Shown one piece after another: positions 52,650 to 62,123 of a DNA stretch of 64,000 nt. The position numbers and the translations under genes are program-made. The notes beneath the pieces are model-generated. The model worked only from the letters and a program-made list of their open reading frames with translations. It was not told where the DNA came from and ran no database searches. The stretch is from Bacteroidales bacterium (GTDB lineage: Bacteria; Bacteroidota; Bacteroidia; Bacteroidales; UBA10428). The stretch spans positions 73,366 to 137,365 of the forward strand of contig DATEVU010000105.1 in NCBI GenBank assembly GCA_035258345.1, given 5' to 3'. How positions within the stretch are numbered: the first letter of the stretch is position 1; every line of letters begins with the position of its first letter.

Positions 52650-54284
52650 TTACTCCTTACTATATACAATCTTACCGTCCACAACGGTCATTACAACCTC
52701 TGTTCCCGGGATTTCTTTTTCATCGGCTTTCATGATGTCCCTGTTAAGCACCACAAAATCCGCTACTTTACCCGGTTCAAGACTGCCCTTGTATTTCTCT
52801 TCGAAACAGGACCGGGCTGCCCAGATAGTCATAGCTTTTAACGCCTGTTCCCGGCTCAGGGCTTCCTCCATATGATAACCCTCAGGCGGATAACCTTTCA
52901 GATCTTTCCGGGCAACGGCAGCATAAAAACCATATAGCGGGTTTATCGATTCAACCGGGAAATCACTTCCATTCGGCAGCCATCCATTTTGTTCCAGGAG
53001 GGTTTTATAGGCATAGGCAAAGGGTATCCTTTCGGGTCCCAGCCTTTCTCCGGCCCAATACATGTCGGAAGTGGCATGGGTTGTCTGGATGCTTGGTATA
53101 ATGCCATGCCTGCCATACAGGACAAAATCTGCGGGATGTAATACCTGGGAATGTTCGATCCTCCAGCGGAGGTCATTTCCCGCGGGAAGAAAGCCGCCAT
53201 ATAATGCCAGCACGATCCTTACTGCCGAATCACCAATACAATGCGTATTTACCTGGTACCCTTTTTCCAAAGCCACCCGGCAGATCCTGGTCAGATATTC
53301 GGTACCGGTAACCAGAATACCTCTGGTATCCGGTTCATCGGCATAGGGTTGTATGAGGAGAGCGCCCCTTGATCCCAGAGCACCATCGGCGAAAAGCTTT
53401 ATCGACCTTACAGAAAGCCTGTCGGTGAGGTATACGCCCTTGCTGATAAACTGAGCCATGTTATCATCGTTGGGATTAAGCATGGCGTAAATACGCATGG
53501 TAAGTATGCCGGACCGGTGCAGAGAATCGGCAAGCATAACAATATCCCTGTCAAGTCCCGCGTCACCCACGGTAGTGAGACCCACAGCAAAACAATTGCT
53601 TTCAGCTCTGAGCAAGGCCTGAACCTGATCCTGACGGGATGCAGGCGGAATTAATTTTTCCACCAGTGTCATGGCGTTATCAAGCAGGATCCCGGTAGTT
53701 CCGTTCACATCGTAAACCACTTCACCGCCCCCGACCCGAATGTTTCCCTGTATACCAGCCAGATCAAGGGCTTTTGAATTCACCCAGGCAGCATGTCCGT
53801 CCACTCTTACCAGGAATACCGGCAGGTCAGGAAACTCTTTGTCAAGGATTGTCTTGTCGGGAAATTTTCTATTTTCCCAGTCGTTCTGATCCCATCCCCT
53901 GCCAAGTATCCAGGCGGAGGGATGTTTCTCCTGGTGTAGTTTCAGCCTGGCAATGATCTCCTGAGGTGAATGTGATCCGACAAGGTCGGCCTGCCCCAGG
54001 GTAAGTCCATAACCGAAAAAGTGACAGTGGGGATCAATAAACCCGGGGTAAACTGCATTGTCCTGCAGATCCATCTCGTCCGCGGTATTAAATAACTTTC
54101 TCAGTTCTTCAGCAGTTCCGGTGGCGAGGATCTTTCCCGACCTGATCACCATAGCCCCGGCTATGGAAAACCCATCGTCCACGGTATAGATCACCCCGTT
54201 ATAAACCAGCAGGTCGGCATTTTCCTTATTGCATCCCAGGCCCATACCCAAGGCTATTATATAAATAAGTTTTTTCCAGTGCAT
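52650..54284 (-). CDS. Amidohydrolase-3 family metal-dependent hydrolase, lipoprotein
   Basis: MHWKKLIYIIALGMGLGC lipobox; GFIDPHCHF metal-binding HxH. Confidence 0.8.
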   Translation of the reverse strand: MHWKKLIYIIALGMGLGCNKENADLLVYNGVIYTVDDGFSIAGAMVIRSGKILATGTAEELRKLFNTADEMDLQDNAVYPGFIDPHCHFFGYGLTLGQADLVGSHSPQEIIARLKLHQEKHPSAWILGRGWDQNDWENRKFPDKTILDKEFPDLPVFLVRVDGHAAWVNSKALDLAGIQGNIRVGGGEVVYDVNGTTGILLDNAMTLVEKLIPPASRQDQVQALLRAESNCFAVGLTTVGDAGLDRDIVMLADSLHRSGILTMRIYAMLNPNDDNMAQFISKGVYLTDRLSVRSIKLFADGALGSRGALLIQPYADEPDTRGILVTGTEYLTRICRVALEKGYQVNTHCIGDSAVRIVLALYGGFLPAGNDLRWRIEHSQVLHPADFVLYGRHGIIPSIQTTHATSDMYWAGERLGPERIPFAYAYKTLLEQNGWLPNGSDFPVESINPLYGFYAAVARKDLKGYPPEGYHMEEALSREQALKAMTIWAARSCFEEKYKGSLEPGKVADFVVLNRDIMKADEKEIPGTEVVMTVVDGKIVYSKE

Positions 54285-54301
54285 CAGCTTATTCGTTGTC
54301 C

Positions 54302-55558
54302 CTAATCAATCATCTCCACCATTTCCCTTTCCACCTTGATCCTGGCATCTTTTAACATTTCAATGGCCTGTTCAATCTCATCTTCCATATGGGTAGCCAT
54401 GAGCTGGAATCTGAAAATGGTCTTGCCTTTGGGAACTGCGGGAAATTCTACCAGGTTAACCAGCAGTCCCTGTTCGAATAAATTCTTAAATATCATCCGT
54501 GCAATCCTTTCATTCCCTATATGCACAGGTACAATCTGGGTGGGTTTTCCGTTAATAATAAAACCGTTTTCCCGGAAACGGGCAACGGTAAAATCAACGA
54601 GCTCTTTTAGCCTGCTGCGCAGGCGGGCGCCTTCTTCCGAAAATATAAGCTCAATGCTTTTATATGCTACATGGCACTGGATCGGAGAAGCGCCGGTGGA
54701 AAACATGTAGGTAGGGGCCATGATGGTCAGGTGTTTACGAATATCGGCCGGACCGGCGATAAATCCCCCGTTGGTTCCAAAAGCCTTGCTAAATGCTCCG
54801 CAGAGTATAATATTCTTTTCATGCCGTATGTCAATGGTCTCCAGCAGACCAAATCCCGATTCACCAATAACCCCCAGATCATGTGCTGTATCAAGTATAA
54901 GAATAGCTTCATATTTATGGATGAGTTCCATGATACGCCTCAGGTCAGGTGAATCGGAGTTCATGGAAAACAGGGTTTCCGTTACCACAAAGAGGCCGTT
55001 CCGATCATCATGCTGTCTGCATTTTTCCAGCACGTCGTTCAGGTGGGCCATATCATTGTGGTTAAACTTGTATACGTTCTGGGTGGTAACCTTGGCAGCC
55101 AGTTGAAGGCAGTTGTGCGACAACGCATCAATTACCAGGGTATCCCTGCCATTAGCCAATCCCGAAATCGCGCCAAAACAAGCCATCCATCCCGAAGGGA
55201 AAACAAGGCAGGTTTTCTGGTTCAGGATTTCAGCGATCTTTTGTTCAAGCATGTCGGTCCATATCGTCCTGCCGGTGAGGGTTGGTGAACCTGCACTGTG
55301 GATGATATTATTCTCTTCAATGAATTCCTTCACAGAATCTATAACACGTTTGTTGGTCGAAAAGCCCAGATAATCCTGGGTCCCGAAATTCAGGGGTTTC
55401 CGGTTGTCGTGTGTGAGGCCGTATGGCCAGATGTTTTGTTCTTCCCGCAGCATTCCCCAATGGTTCATTGCGGCATATCTTTCCGACAATGTTTTTCCCG
55501 AGCAATTAATAAAATTCAACCCACTGCCTTCGAACGGACCTAATACCTGTAAACTCAT
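54302..55558 (-). CDS. Alpha-oxoamine synthase family PLP enzyme (serine palmitoyltransferase / cysteate-acyltransferase / KBL-like)
   Basis: 418 aa; ILDTAHDLG and GAFSKAFGTNGG (PLP lysine) motifs. Confidence 0.75.
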   Translation of the reverse strand: MSLQVLGPFEGSGLNFINCSGKTLSERYAAMNHWGMLREEQNIWPYGLTHDNRKPLNFGTQDYLGFSTNKRVIDSVKEFIEENNIIHSAGSPTLTGRTIWTDMLEQKIAEILNQKTCLVFPSGWMACFGAISGLANGRDTLVIDALSHNCLQLAAKVTTQNVYKFNHNDMAHLNDVLEKCRQHDDRNGLFVVTETLFSMNSDSPDLRRIMELIHKYEAILILDTAHDLGVIGESGFGLLETIDIRHEKNIILCGAFSKAFGTNGGFIAGPADIRKHLTIMAPTYMFSTGASPIQCHVAYKSIELIFSEEGARLRSRLKELVDFTVARFRENGFIINGKPTQIVPVHIGNERIARMIFKNLFEQGLLVNLVEFPAVPKGKTIFRFQLMATHMEDEIEQAIEMLKDARIKVEREMVEMID

Positions 55559-55626
55559 AACTCATAGAAATTATAATCCGGCAAATATACCATTTCTTAA
55601 TGCTAACTAATCTGTAATCAGGGTGA

Positions 55627-57426
55627 TTATTCTCCCGCATCCCCTTTCTGCACTGAAAAGATATCTTCAATTATCCTTTCGTATCGCTGCGCAAGGAACT
55701 TCCTTTTAAGCTTCAGCGTAGGTGAAAGCTCGCCTGTGATCGGGCTCCATTCCTCTTGTACCAGCCGGAAACGCTTTATCTGCTCTGTCTGGCCCATGAG
55801 TTTGTTAATTTCATTTACCACCCGTTGAAATCGGGTAACTACTATCGGAAGCCGGATCAGTTCGGCGTTATCGCGGAAATCGATCTTATGTCGCATGGCC
55901 CAGTTGTGCAGGAAATTAAAATCGGGTGAAATTATGGCACTGGCAAATTTTTGATTTTCGCCGATCACCATCGCCTGTTCTATAAATATCGATTCCTTGA
56001 GCTTGTTTTCAATTACCTGTGGGGCAACATATTTTCCACTCGAAAGCTTGAACATTTCTTTTTTCCGGTCGGTAATCTTCAGGTAACGGTCCTCGACGAT
56101 TATTCCGATATCGCCGGTGTGCAGCCAGCCTTCGCTGTCTATAACCTCCCTGGTGGACTCCGGTTCTTTGAAATATCCCAGCATTACATTGGGACCCTTG
56201 CACAGGATCTCACCATCCTCTGCAATCCTTACCTCAACACCCGGTACAGCGGGTCCTACCGTACCAACCCTTATGTCACCGGTTGAGGGCAACCGGTTTG
56301 CTGCGATCACCGGTGACGATTCGGTCATTCCATAACCTTCAATAACAGGAATACCGGCGGCATTAAAAATAGTCGCCAACCTGGCCTGCAGTGCTGCTCC
56401 GCCTGCAACCACCAACTCCACGTGTCCGCCGAGGGCTTCTCGCCACTTGCTGAAGATCAGCTTATCAGCCACTTTTTGTTTGATTTTATAAAACCGGCTG
56501 TTTCCATCAGGAATTTTATATTTCATACCCAGGTTGACTGCCCAAAAAAACAACTGTTTCTTAATACCCTTTAAATCCCTTCCCTTGCTGATGATCTTGT
56601 CATACGTTCTTTCCAGCAACCTGGGCACTGTAATGAAAATATGGGGCTTTACCTCCTTGAGATTATCCGCAATGGTTCCCAGATTCTCAGCATAATAAAT
56701 GCTTATGCCCACACTTTGGAAATAATAATTGACAGTTCTTTCAAATACATGGCTGATGGGCAAAAAGCTGAGTGTCCTGTGGGTATGGTTAAAGTTGAAC
56801 ATCATGGAAATTGACAATACATTGCTCATGATGTTGTTATGCGACAACATCACGCCCTTGGGGTTCCCTGTAGTGCCCGAGGTGTAGATCAGGGTTACCA
56901 GGTCACCGACGGAAATGTTTTCCCTGATCTGTTTCAGCCGGCTGTTGAATTTTTCCGCCTGCTGCATGCCAAGATGAAGTATTTCCTTCCAGTTCTTTGC
57001 ATTCTCAATTTCGTTATAGGTATACACGTTCATCACCGATGCAACTTTTTCGGCTATGGGCCGGATCTTGTCGTAGAGTGCTTTGTCGGAAACAATAACC
57101 AGTTTTGGTTCGCAATTGTTTAATATGTACGCATAATCATCCTCGCTGATGGTAGGATACACCGGAACATGAACTATCCCGGCCTGGCTGAGTGCCATAT
57201 CCATGAAGTTCCATTCCGGCCTGTTATTGGAAATGGTCACAACCAGGTCGCCTTGCTGTACACCAATTGCAAGCAGTCCGTAACTTGTGAAAGTAGCCAT
57301 TTCAATGTAGTCCTTCACGCTGTATTTTATCCAGCTGCCCTTTTCCTTGCAGGCAAGCATGTCTGCCTTATCCGGGCAAATCCGCATCAGGTTGTCCAGT
57401 ATGTCAAAAGTTCTTTTCAGCTCCAT
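55627..57426 (-). CDS. Long-chain fatty acid-CoA ligase (AMP-forming)
   Basis: LIYTSGTTGNPKGVMLSHNN. The start at 57426 (MELKRTFDILDNL) is preferred because an exact -7 box lies inside the longer track ORF. Confidence 0.85.
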   Translation of the reverse strand: MELKRTFDILDNLMRICPDKADMLACKEKGSWIKYSVKDYIEMATFTSYGLLAIGVQQGDLVVTISNNRPEWNFMDMALSQAGIVHVPVYPTISEDDYAYILNNCEPKLVIVSDKALYDKIRPIAEKVASVMNVYTYNEIENAKNWKEILHLGMQQAEKFNSRLKQIRENISVGDLVTLIYTSGTTGNPKGVMLSHNNIMSNVLSISMMFNFNHTHRTLSFLPISHVFERTVNYYFQSVGISIYYAENLGTIADNLKEVKPHIFITVPRLLERTYDKIISKGRDLKGIKKQLFFWAVNLGMKYKIPDGNSRFYKIKQKVADKLIFSKWREALGGHVELVVAGGAALQARLATIFNAAGIPVIEGYGMTESSPVIAANRLPSTGDIRVGTVGPAVPGVEVRIAEDGEILCKGPNVMLGYFKEPESTREVIDSEGWLHTGDIGIIVEDRYLKITDRKKEMFKLSSGKYVAPQVIENKLKESIFIEQAMVIGENQKFASAIISPDFNFLHNWAMRHKIDFRDNAELIRLPIVVTRFQRVVNEINKLMGQTEQIKRFRLVQEEWSPITGELSPTLKLKRKFLAQRYERIIEDIFSVQKGDAGE

Positions 57427-57446
57427 ATAAAATATATTAGCAAAAT

Positions 57447-57454
57447 CAAATATA
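57447..57454 (-). promoter_or_regulatory. Exact -7 box TAtaTTTG upstream of the acyl-CoA ligase gene
   Basis: Plus caaatata at 57447-57454 is TATATTTG on the minus strand, 21 nt upstream of the ATG at 57426. Confidence 0.45.
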
Positions 57455-57556
57455 ATTATAAAGCAGTTACAATCGCTGCTTAATTGGGGAACATAAATCA
57501 TTTTTTAAGGACAATAATTATCATACCTTTTCTGTTTTCAAGCAATACAGGACATT

Positions 57557-58504
57557 ATGAGCAAACTGGCAGTAGTTGCATTGGGTGGAAATGCCCTTCA
57601 ACGAGATAATCAGCGGGGAACAATCGAGGAGCAGGAAAAGAACACCTTCAGGACACTGGAAAGTCTTATCTTCCTCCTGAATGACGGATACGAACTTGTG
57701 ATCACGCACGGGAACGGTCCCCAGGTAGGAGACCTGCTGCAACGAAACGATGCCGGCGAGTTGAATTATGGTATACCGCAAATGCCGCTTGATATCTGTG
57801 TAGCCGGTACCCAGGGTGAGATTGGTTATATGATTGAACGTATATTGCGTAATGCGCTGAACAAACACGGTATCAAAAAGAATGTGGTGAGCCTGATCAG
57901 TGAAGTGGTAGTTGACCGCAGGGGAAAATCATTTCACAATTTTGTGAAGCGTGTGGGACGTACTTATTCCGAGGAAATGGCCCGGAAGCTTGAAAAAGAA
58001 AAAGGATGGGTTTTTAAGGAAGAGATCAAGTCGGGAGGCGGCTTCAGAAGAGTGGTTGCTTCACCCGAACCGGTGGACATTTTGAACAGTTCTATCATCC
58101 GCGATCTGGTATCCTCGGGAAATATTGTTGTGGCAGCAGGCGGTGGGGGAATACCCGTATATATTGATGCGAAAGGCAATTACCGGCCGGTAGAAGCGGT
58201 AATTGACAAGGATATGGCATCAGCTTTACTTGCAGTGACTATTCATGCAGATGAATTTTACATCCTTACCGATGTGCCTTACGTGTATCTGAACTATAGA
58301 AGGCCCAACCAGGAAATAGCGGAATTCATTATCCGTGATGATGCACGCAGATATCTCGAAATGGGTATGTTCGGCGAAGGCAGCATGAAACCCAAAATGG
58401 AGGCGGCCCTGTATTTCATCGAACGTGGCGGACTTAAAAGCGTGATCACCGAAGCTACCAAGCTGGAGAACAAAAAATACGGTTCTAGGATAACTATGAA
58501 TTGA
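57557..58504 (+). CDS. arcC: Carbamate kinase
   Basis: 315 aa; VVALGGNAL...ITHGNGPQVG...VAAGGGGIPV. Confidence 0.88.
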   Translation: MSKLAVVALGGNALQRDNQRGTIEEQEKNTFRTLESLIFLLNDGYELVITHGNGPQVGDLLQRNDAGELNYGIPQMPLDICVAGTQGEIGYMIERILRNALNKHGIKKNVVSLISEVVVDRRGKSFHNFVKRVGRTYSEEMARKLEKEKGWVFKEEIKSGGGFRRVVASPEPVDILNSSIIRDLVSSGNIVVAAGGGGIPVYIDAKGNYRPVEAVIDKDMASALLAVTIHADEFYILTDVPYVYLNYRRPNQEIAEFIIRDDARRYLEMGMFGEGSMKPKMEAALYFIERGGLKSVITEATKLENKKYGSRITMN

Positions 58505-58516
58505 GAAAGAAAAAAA

Positions 58517-58543
58517 ATAGGGACGCAACCCAAACGTCCCTAT
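58517..58543 (+). terminator. Hairpin ATAGGGACG-(9 nt)-CGTCCCTAT after arcC
   Basis: 9-bp perfect stem beginning 13 nt after the stop. It is followed by TCACTTT, a weak U-run. Confidence 0.5.
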
Positions 58544-58724
58544 TCACTTTGAGAATCTACTAAACCTAACCTACCTGATAAAACCCAACTTATGACACAA
58601 AACCTGATACGGTTCTGAATATTTGACCGTGCAGTGACATTTTACCCTATTGGATTTATGTGAAATTTTCAAAATTGTTGAAAACCATTGAAAACTATAT
58701 ACCAATTTCACCCTATCCTCCGTT

Positions 58725-58732
58725 AATTTTGC
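58725..58732 (+). promoter_or_regulatory. Exact -7 box TAatTTTG upstream of the glucosaminidase gene
   Basis: TAATTTTG ends 17 nt before the ATG at 58749. Confidence 0.45.
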
Positions 58733-58748
58733 AAAATATTTCACCGAA

Positions 58749-59768
58749 ATGAGAACAGGATTACTATGGCTGGGATTATGCCTCTCCGGGTTGCAGCTGG
58801 CAGGCCAGTCATCGGAAAGAATGACACGATCGGAATATTTCGAGATCTACGGAGCAATAGCTGTAAGTGAAATGCACCGAAGCGGTGTGCCGGCAAGTAT
58901 AACACTTGCCCAGGGGGCCCTGGAAAGCGGCGATGGGAACAGCAGGCTTGCCAGGAACGGCAACAACCATTTCGGGATCAAATGTCATAACGATTGGAAT
59001 GGCAGGAAATTATTCCAGAATGATGATGCCAGGAACGAATGTTTCAGAAAGTATCAGTCGGCCGAAGAATCTTATCGCGACCATTCCGAATACCTGCGGT
59101 CGAAACAACGGTATGCCTTTCTTTTCGAATTTGACCCCACGGATTACAAGGCGTGGGCAAGAGGTCTTAAAAAAGCCGGTTATGCTACAAGTCCCACTTA
59201 TGCCGATGCCCTGATCCGGATCATTGAAGAATACAACCTTCATACCTACGACACCATGGATGGTGCTGCCAGGGCCGGTCACCGGAAACCCAGGCACAAT
59301 GATGCAAAAGGGGTGGCAACCACGGCTACCCGTCCTTTACTGGAAAGGAACCGTGTAAAGTATATTGTGGCTAAGCCGGGTGACACATATGAATCGCTGG
59401 CTCAGGAACTAGGTAAACTGGAATGGGAGCTCCCCCGTTACAACGATGCTGATCTGCTTGATACAATTCATGCCGGGGAGGTTGTGTATCTCCAGCCAAA
59501 ACGGAATAAGGCGGAGCCCGGTAAGAAGGTTCACACGGTGAAACAGGGTGAAAGCCTGTATTCCATTTCACAGCTGTATGCTATAAAACTGAACAGTTTA
59601 GGCAGCATGAACCAATTTCAATTAAATAAACAACCGGCTCCGGGTACCGGACTTTTTTTGCGGAAAGCTGTGAAAATGGCTATGCCGAACCCCGTTTCCG
59701 AACACAAGGAAGACTTGGAAGATGGAGAAGAAGAAGTGGAGATAAGGGTAGTACTTGATCCGGATTAG
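58749..59768 (+). CDS. Secreted N-acetylglucosaminidase (GH73/FlgJ-type) with two LysM domains
   Basis: SGVPASITLAQGALESGDGNSRLARNGNNHFGIKC; LysM repeats YIVAKPGDTYESLAQEL and HTVKQGESLYSISQLY. Confidence 0.82.
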   Translation: MRTGLLWLGLCLSGLQLAGQSSERMTRSEYFEIYGAIAVSEMHRSGVPASITLAQGALESGDGNSRLARNGNNHFGIKCHNDWNGRKLFQNDDARNECFRKYQSAEESYRDHSEYLRSKQRYAFLFEFDPTDYKAWARGLKKAGYATSPTYADALIRIIEEYNLHTYDTMDGAARAGHRKPRHNDAKGVATTATRPLLERNRVKYIVAKPGDTYESLAQELGKLEWELPRYNDADLLDTIHAGEVVYLQPKRNKAEPGKKVHTVKQGESLYSISQLYAIKLNSLGSMNQFQLNKQPAPGTGLFLRKAVKMAMPNPVSEHKEDLEDGEEEVEIRVVLDPD

Positions 59769-59770
59769 AC

Positions 59771-60739
59771 CTATCGGAATCTGAATTGGCTGACCTGCGG
59801 AAATCCGCGCAGGAACTCTGTGATATCCATCCGCCTTTTTCCTTCCAGCTGAATGCTTTTGATGCGGATATATCCGTTGCCGGTGGCAACACGGAGATAG
59901 CTTTTTCCATCGGTTTCACAGGTTCCCGGCTGGGCTTCGCGTAACCGGAGCTCGGATTCCCCGAAGTAAATCCTTATATGCAAAACATTTTCCCGGGTGC
60001 TGACCAGCTCACTCCAGGCAGTGGGGTAGGGACTCAGGCCGCGGATAAAATTATAAAGGGTATGGGTATCCTGTTCCCACCGTATCCGGCAGTCATTTTT
60101 GAATATTTTAGGGGCAGGGTGCAGCAGGCTGTTTGATGTCATGAAATGCTGTTCGGTGATTGTGACTTTTCCTGAAGCAATAGCATCAATCGTTTTTACC
60201 ACCAACCCGGCTCCTGTCACCATCAGCCTGTCGTGCAGCATACCGGCGGTTTCTTCGGTACCGATTCCCGTTTCTTCCATAAAAATTACAGAGCCTTTGT
60301 CAATCTCATGATTCAGGAAAAAGGTGGTCACACCGGTCCTGGTTTCACCGTTCATGATGGCCCAATTGATGGGTGCAGCCCCGCGGTAATCGGGCAACAA
60401 TGAGGCATGAAGGTTAAAGGTGCCCAGCGGGGGCATGTTCCAGACTTCCTCGGGAAGCATGCGGAAAGCGACAACTACCTGCAGGTCGGCATGCATGTTC
60501 CCCAGTGCTTTGAGAAATTCGGGGTCCTTCAGTTTAAGCGGCTGCAATACCGGCAGGTTGTGTTTTAGCGCAAATTCTTTTACAGGGGGAGGATGCAATT
60601 TTAAGCCCCTGCCCGACGGTTTATCGGGTGAGGTTACCACACCTTTGACCAGGTATCCTGCTTCGAGGATGCTTTTGAGCGATTCTACCGCGAATTCGGG
60701 TGTACCCATAAAAACTATACCCGGACCGGATGATGCCAT
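59771..60739 (-). CDS. fmt: Methionyl-tRNA formyltransferase
   Basis: IVFMGTPEFAVESLKSIL...VVTSPDKPSGRG. The ATG at 60739 avoids overlap with the ribBA stop; the track start is 60760. Confidence 0.9.
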   Translation of the reverse strand: MASSGPGIVFMGTPEFAVESLKSILEAGYLVKGVVTSPDKPSGRGLKLHPPPVKEFALKHNLPVLQPLKLKDPEFLKALGNMHADLQVVVAFRMLPEEVWNMPPLGTFNLHASLLPDYRGAAPINWAIMNGETRTGVTTFFLNHEIDKGSVIFMEETGIGTEETAGMLHDRLMVTGAGLVVKTIDAIASGKVTITEQHFMTSNSLLHPAPKIFKNDCRIRWEQDTHTLYNFIRGLSPYPTAWSELVSTRENVLHIRIYFGESELRLREAQPGTCETDGKSYLRVATGNGYIRIKSIQLEGKRRMDITEFLRGFPQVSQFRFR

Positions 60740-60743
60740 ATTC

Positions 60744-62012
60744 TCAGTCCCCGTTAACAATTTTAAAGTCCTTGTCCTCGAGCAACTCCAGCAAATGACC
60801 CATTTTGTTCTTTTTGGTTCTCAGGTAGAAATGGTTGTGTTCGTTGGGAGGAATGTTTAGCGGTATGTTTTTAACAACTATGATGCCATAGCCTTCGAGG
60901 CCGGCTCTTTTCACGGGATTGTTGGTAATGAGCTTAACCTTTCCCAGGCCAAGTTCATGCAAAATGCTGGCACCCACGCCATAATCCCTTTCATCTTCCT
61001 CAAAACCAAGGTCAAGGTTAGCTTCAACGGTATCCCTGCCTTTTTCCTGCAGGTTATAGGCCTTTATTTTGTTGAAAAGTCCGATTCCCCTTCCTTCCTG
61101 GTTCAGGTAAAGGACTACGCCCTGCCCGGCCTTTTCAATCATCCTCATGGCTTCGTGCAGCTGTGAACCGCAATCACACCGGTAAGATCCGAAAATATCC
61201 CCTGTCATGCACGATGAATGTACCCGCACAAGCACAGGGTCCTCGCGTGTCCAGGATCCTTTTATCAGGGCAAGATGCTCCAGGCGGTTCGATTTCTGAA
61301 TAAAGGGAACTACCATGAAGTCGCCGTATTTTGTTGGCAGCTTGGCCTTTGTACCCCTTATCACCAGGCTCTCCTGGTCGAGCATATAGGCAATAAGCGC
61401 TTTTATGGTAATAATTTTCAGTTTGTGCTTTTTGGCCATCGCAACCAGCTCGGGTAGCCGGGCCATGCTACCATCTTCGTTCATAATCTCAACAAGCGCA
61501 CCTCCCGGACTGAGTCCTGCCAGGCGTGTAAGGTCAACTGCGGCCTCGGTATGTCCCGGTCTGCGGAGTACTCCCTTTGCCTTGGCTTTGAGTGGAAAAA
61601 TATGTCCCGGCCTTCCAAGATCTTCCGGCATGGTGTCCGGATCAACCAGTGCCCGGATGGTCTTGGCCCTGTCGGGTGCCGAAATACCGGTGGTGCAGCC
61701 GTGACCCAGCAAATCTACCGAAACGGTGAACGGGGTTCCGTGGAAGGATGTATTGCTGCTCACCATCAGTTCGAGTTCAAGCTGTTCACAGCGTTTTTCG
61801 GAAATGGGAGCGCAGATCAGGCCGCGACCGTAAGTAGCCATGAAATTGACGATTTCGGGTGTGATCAGCTCAGCTGCACAAATGAAATCACCTTCGTTTT
61901 CCCGGTCCTCGTCATCCACAACAATGATCACCTTACCTGCCCCGATATCATCAATAGCTTCTTTAATCGTGTTCAATTCCATCAGGAACTTACTTTTTAC
62001 CTTATCCGGCAT
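60744..62012 (-). CDS. ribBA: Bifunctional 3,4-dihydroxy-2-butanone-4-phosphate synthase / GTP cyclohydrolase II
   Basis: [16 protein letters not shown] (DHBPS) and [24 protein letters not shown] (GCH II). Confidence 0.92.
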   Translation of the reverse strand: MPDKVKSKFLMELNTIKEAIDDIGAGKVIIVVDDEDRENEGDFICAAELITPEIVNFMATYGRGLICAPISEKRCEQLELELMVSSNTSFHGTPFTVSVDLLGHGCTTGISAPDRAKTIRALVDPDTMPEDLGRPGHIFPLKAKAKGVLRRPGHTEAAVDLTRLAGLSPGGALVEIMNEDGSMARLPELVAMAKKHKLKIITIKALIAYMLDQESLVIRGTKAKLPTKYGDFMVVPFIQKSNRLEHLALIKGSWTREDPVLVRVHSSCMTGDIFGSYRCDCGSQLHEAMRMIEKAGQGVVLYLNQEGRGIGLFNKIKAYNLQEKGRDTVEANLDLGFEEDERDYGVGASILHELGLGKVKLITNNPVKRAGLEGYGIIVVKNIPLNIPPNEHNHFYLRTKKNKMGHLLELLEDKDFKIVNGD

Positions 62013-62053
62013 GATATTTCCTTCCCTTTTATTAACCTACAAAATTACAATTT

Positions 62054-62078
62054 GTAACCGGAACTTGGTGCCGGTTAC
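62054..62078 (-). terminator. Hairpin GTAACCGG-(9 nt)-CCGGTTAC between the GT2 stop and the ribBA start
   Basis: 8-bp stem. On the minus-strand RNA it is followed by AAAUUGUAAUUUUGU. It probably terminates the GT operon. Confidence 0.45.
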
Positions 62079-62123
62079 TCTAACGAAATAATACTTTTCA
62101 TGCGTAAAAAGCAATGAATATTA

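Noticed and set aside
62013-62123. Expected FMN riboswitch upstream of ribBA
   Set aside because: The gap is only 111 nt. I could not find the conserved FMN-element core segments (for example GGATAGT...GGTGAAATTCC...CCGACGGT). It contains just one 8-bp hairpin, best explained as the terminator of the upstream GT2 gene.
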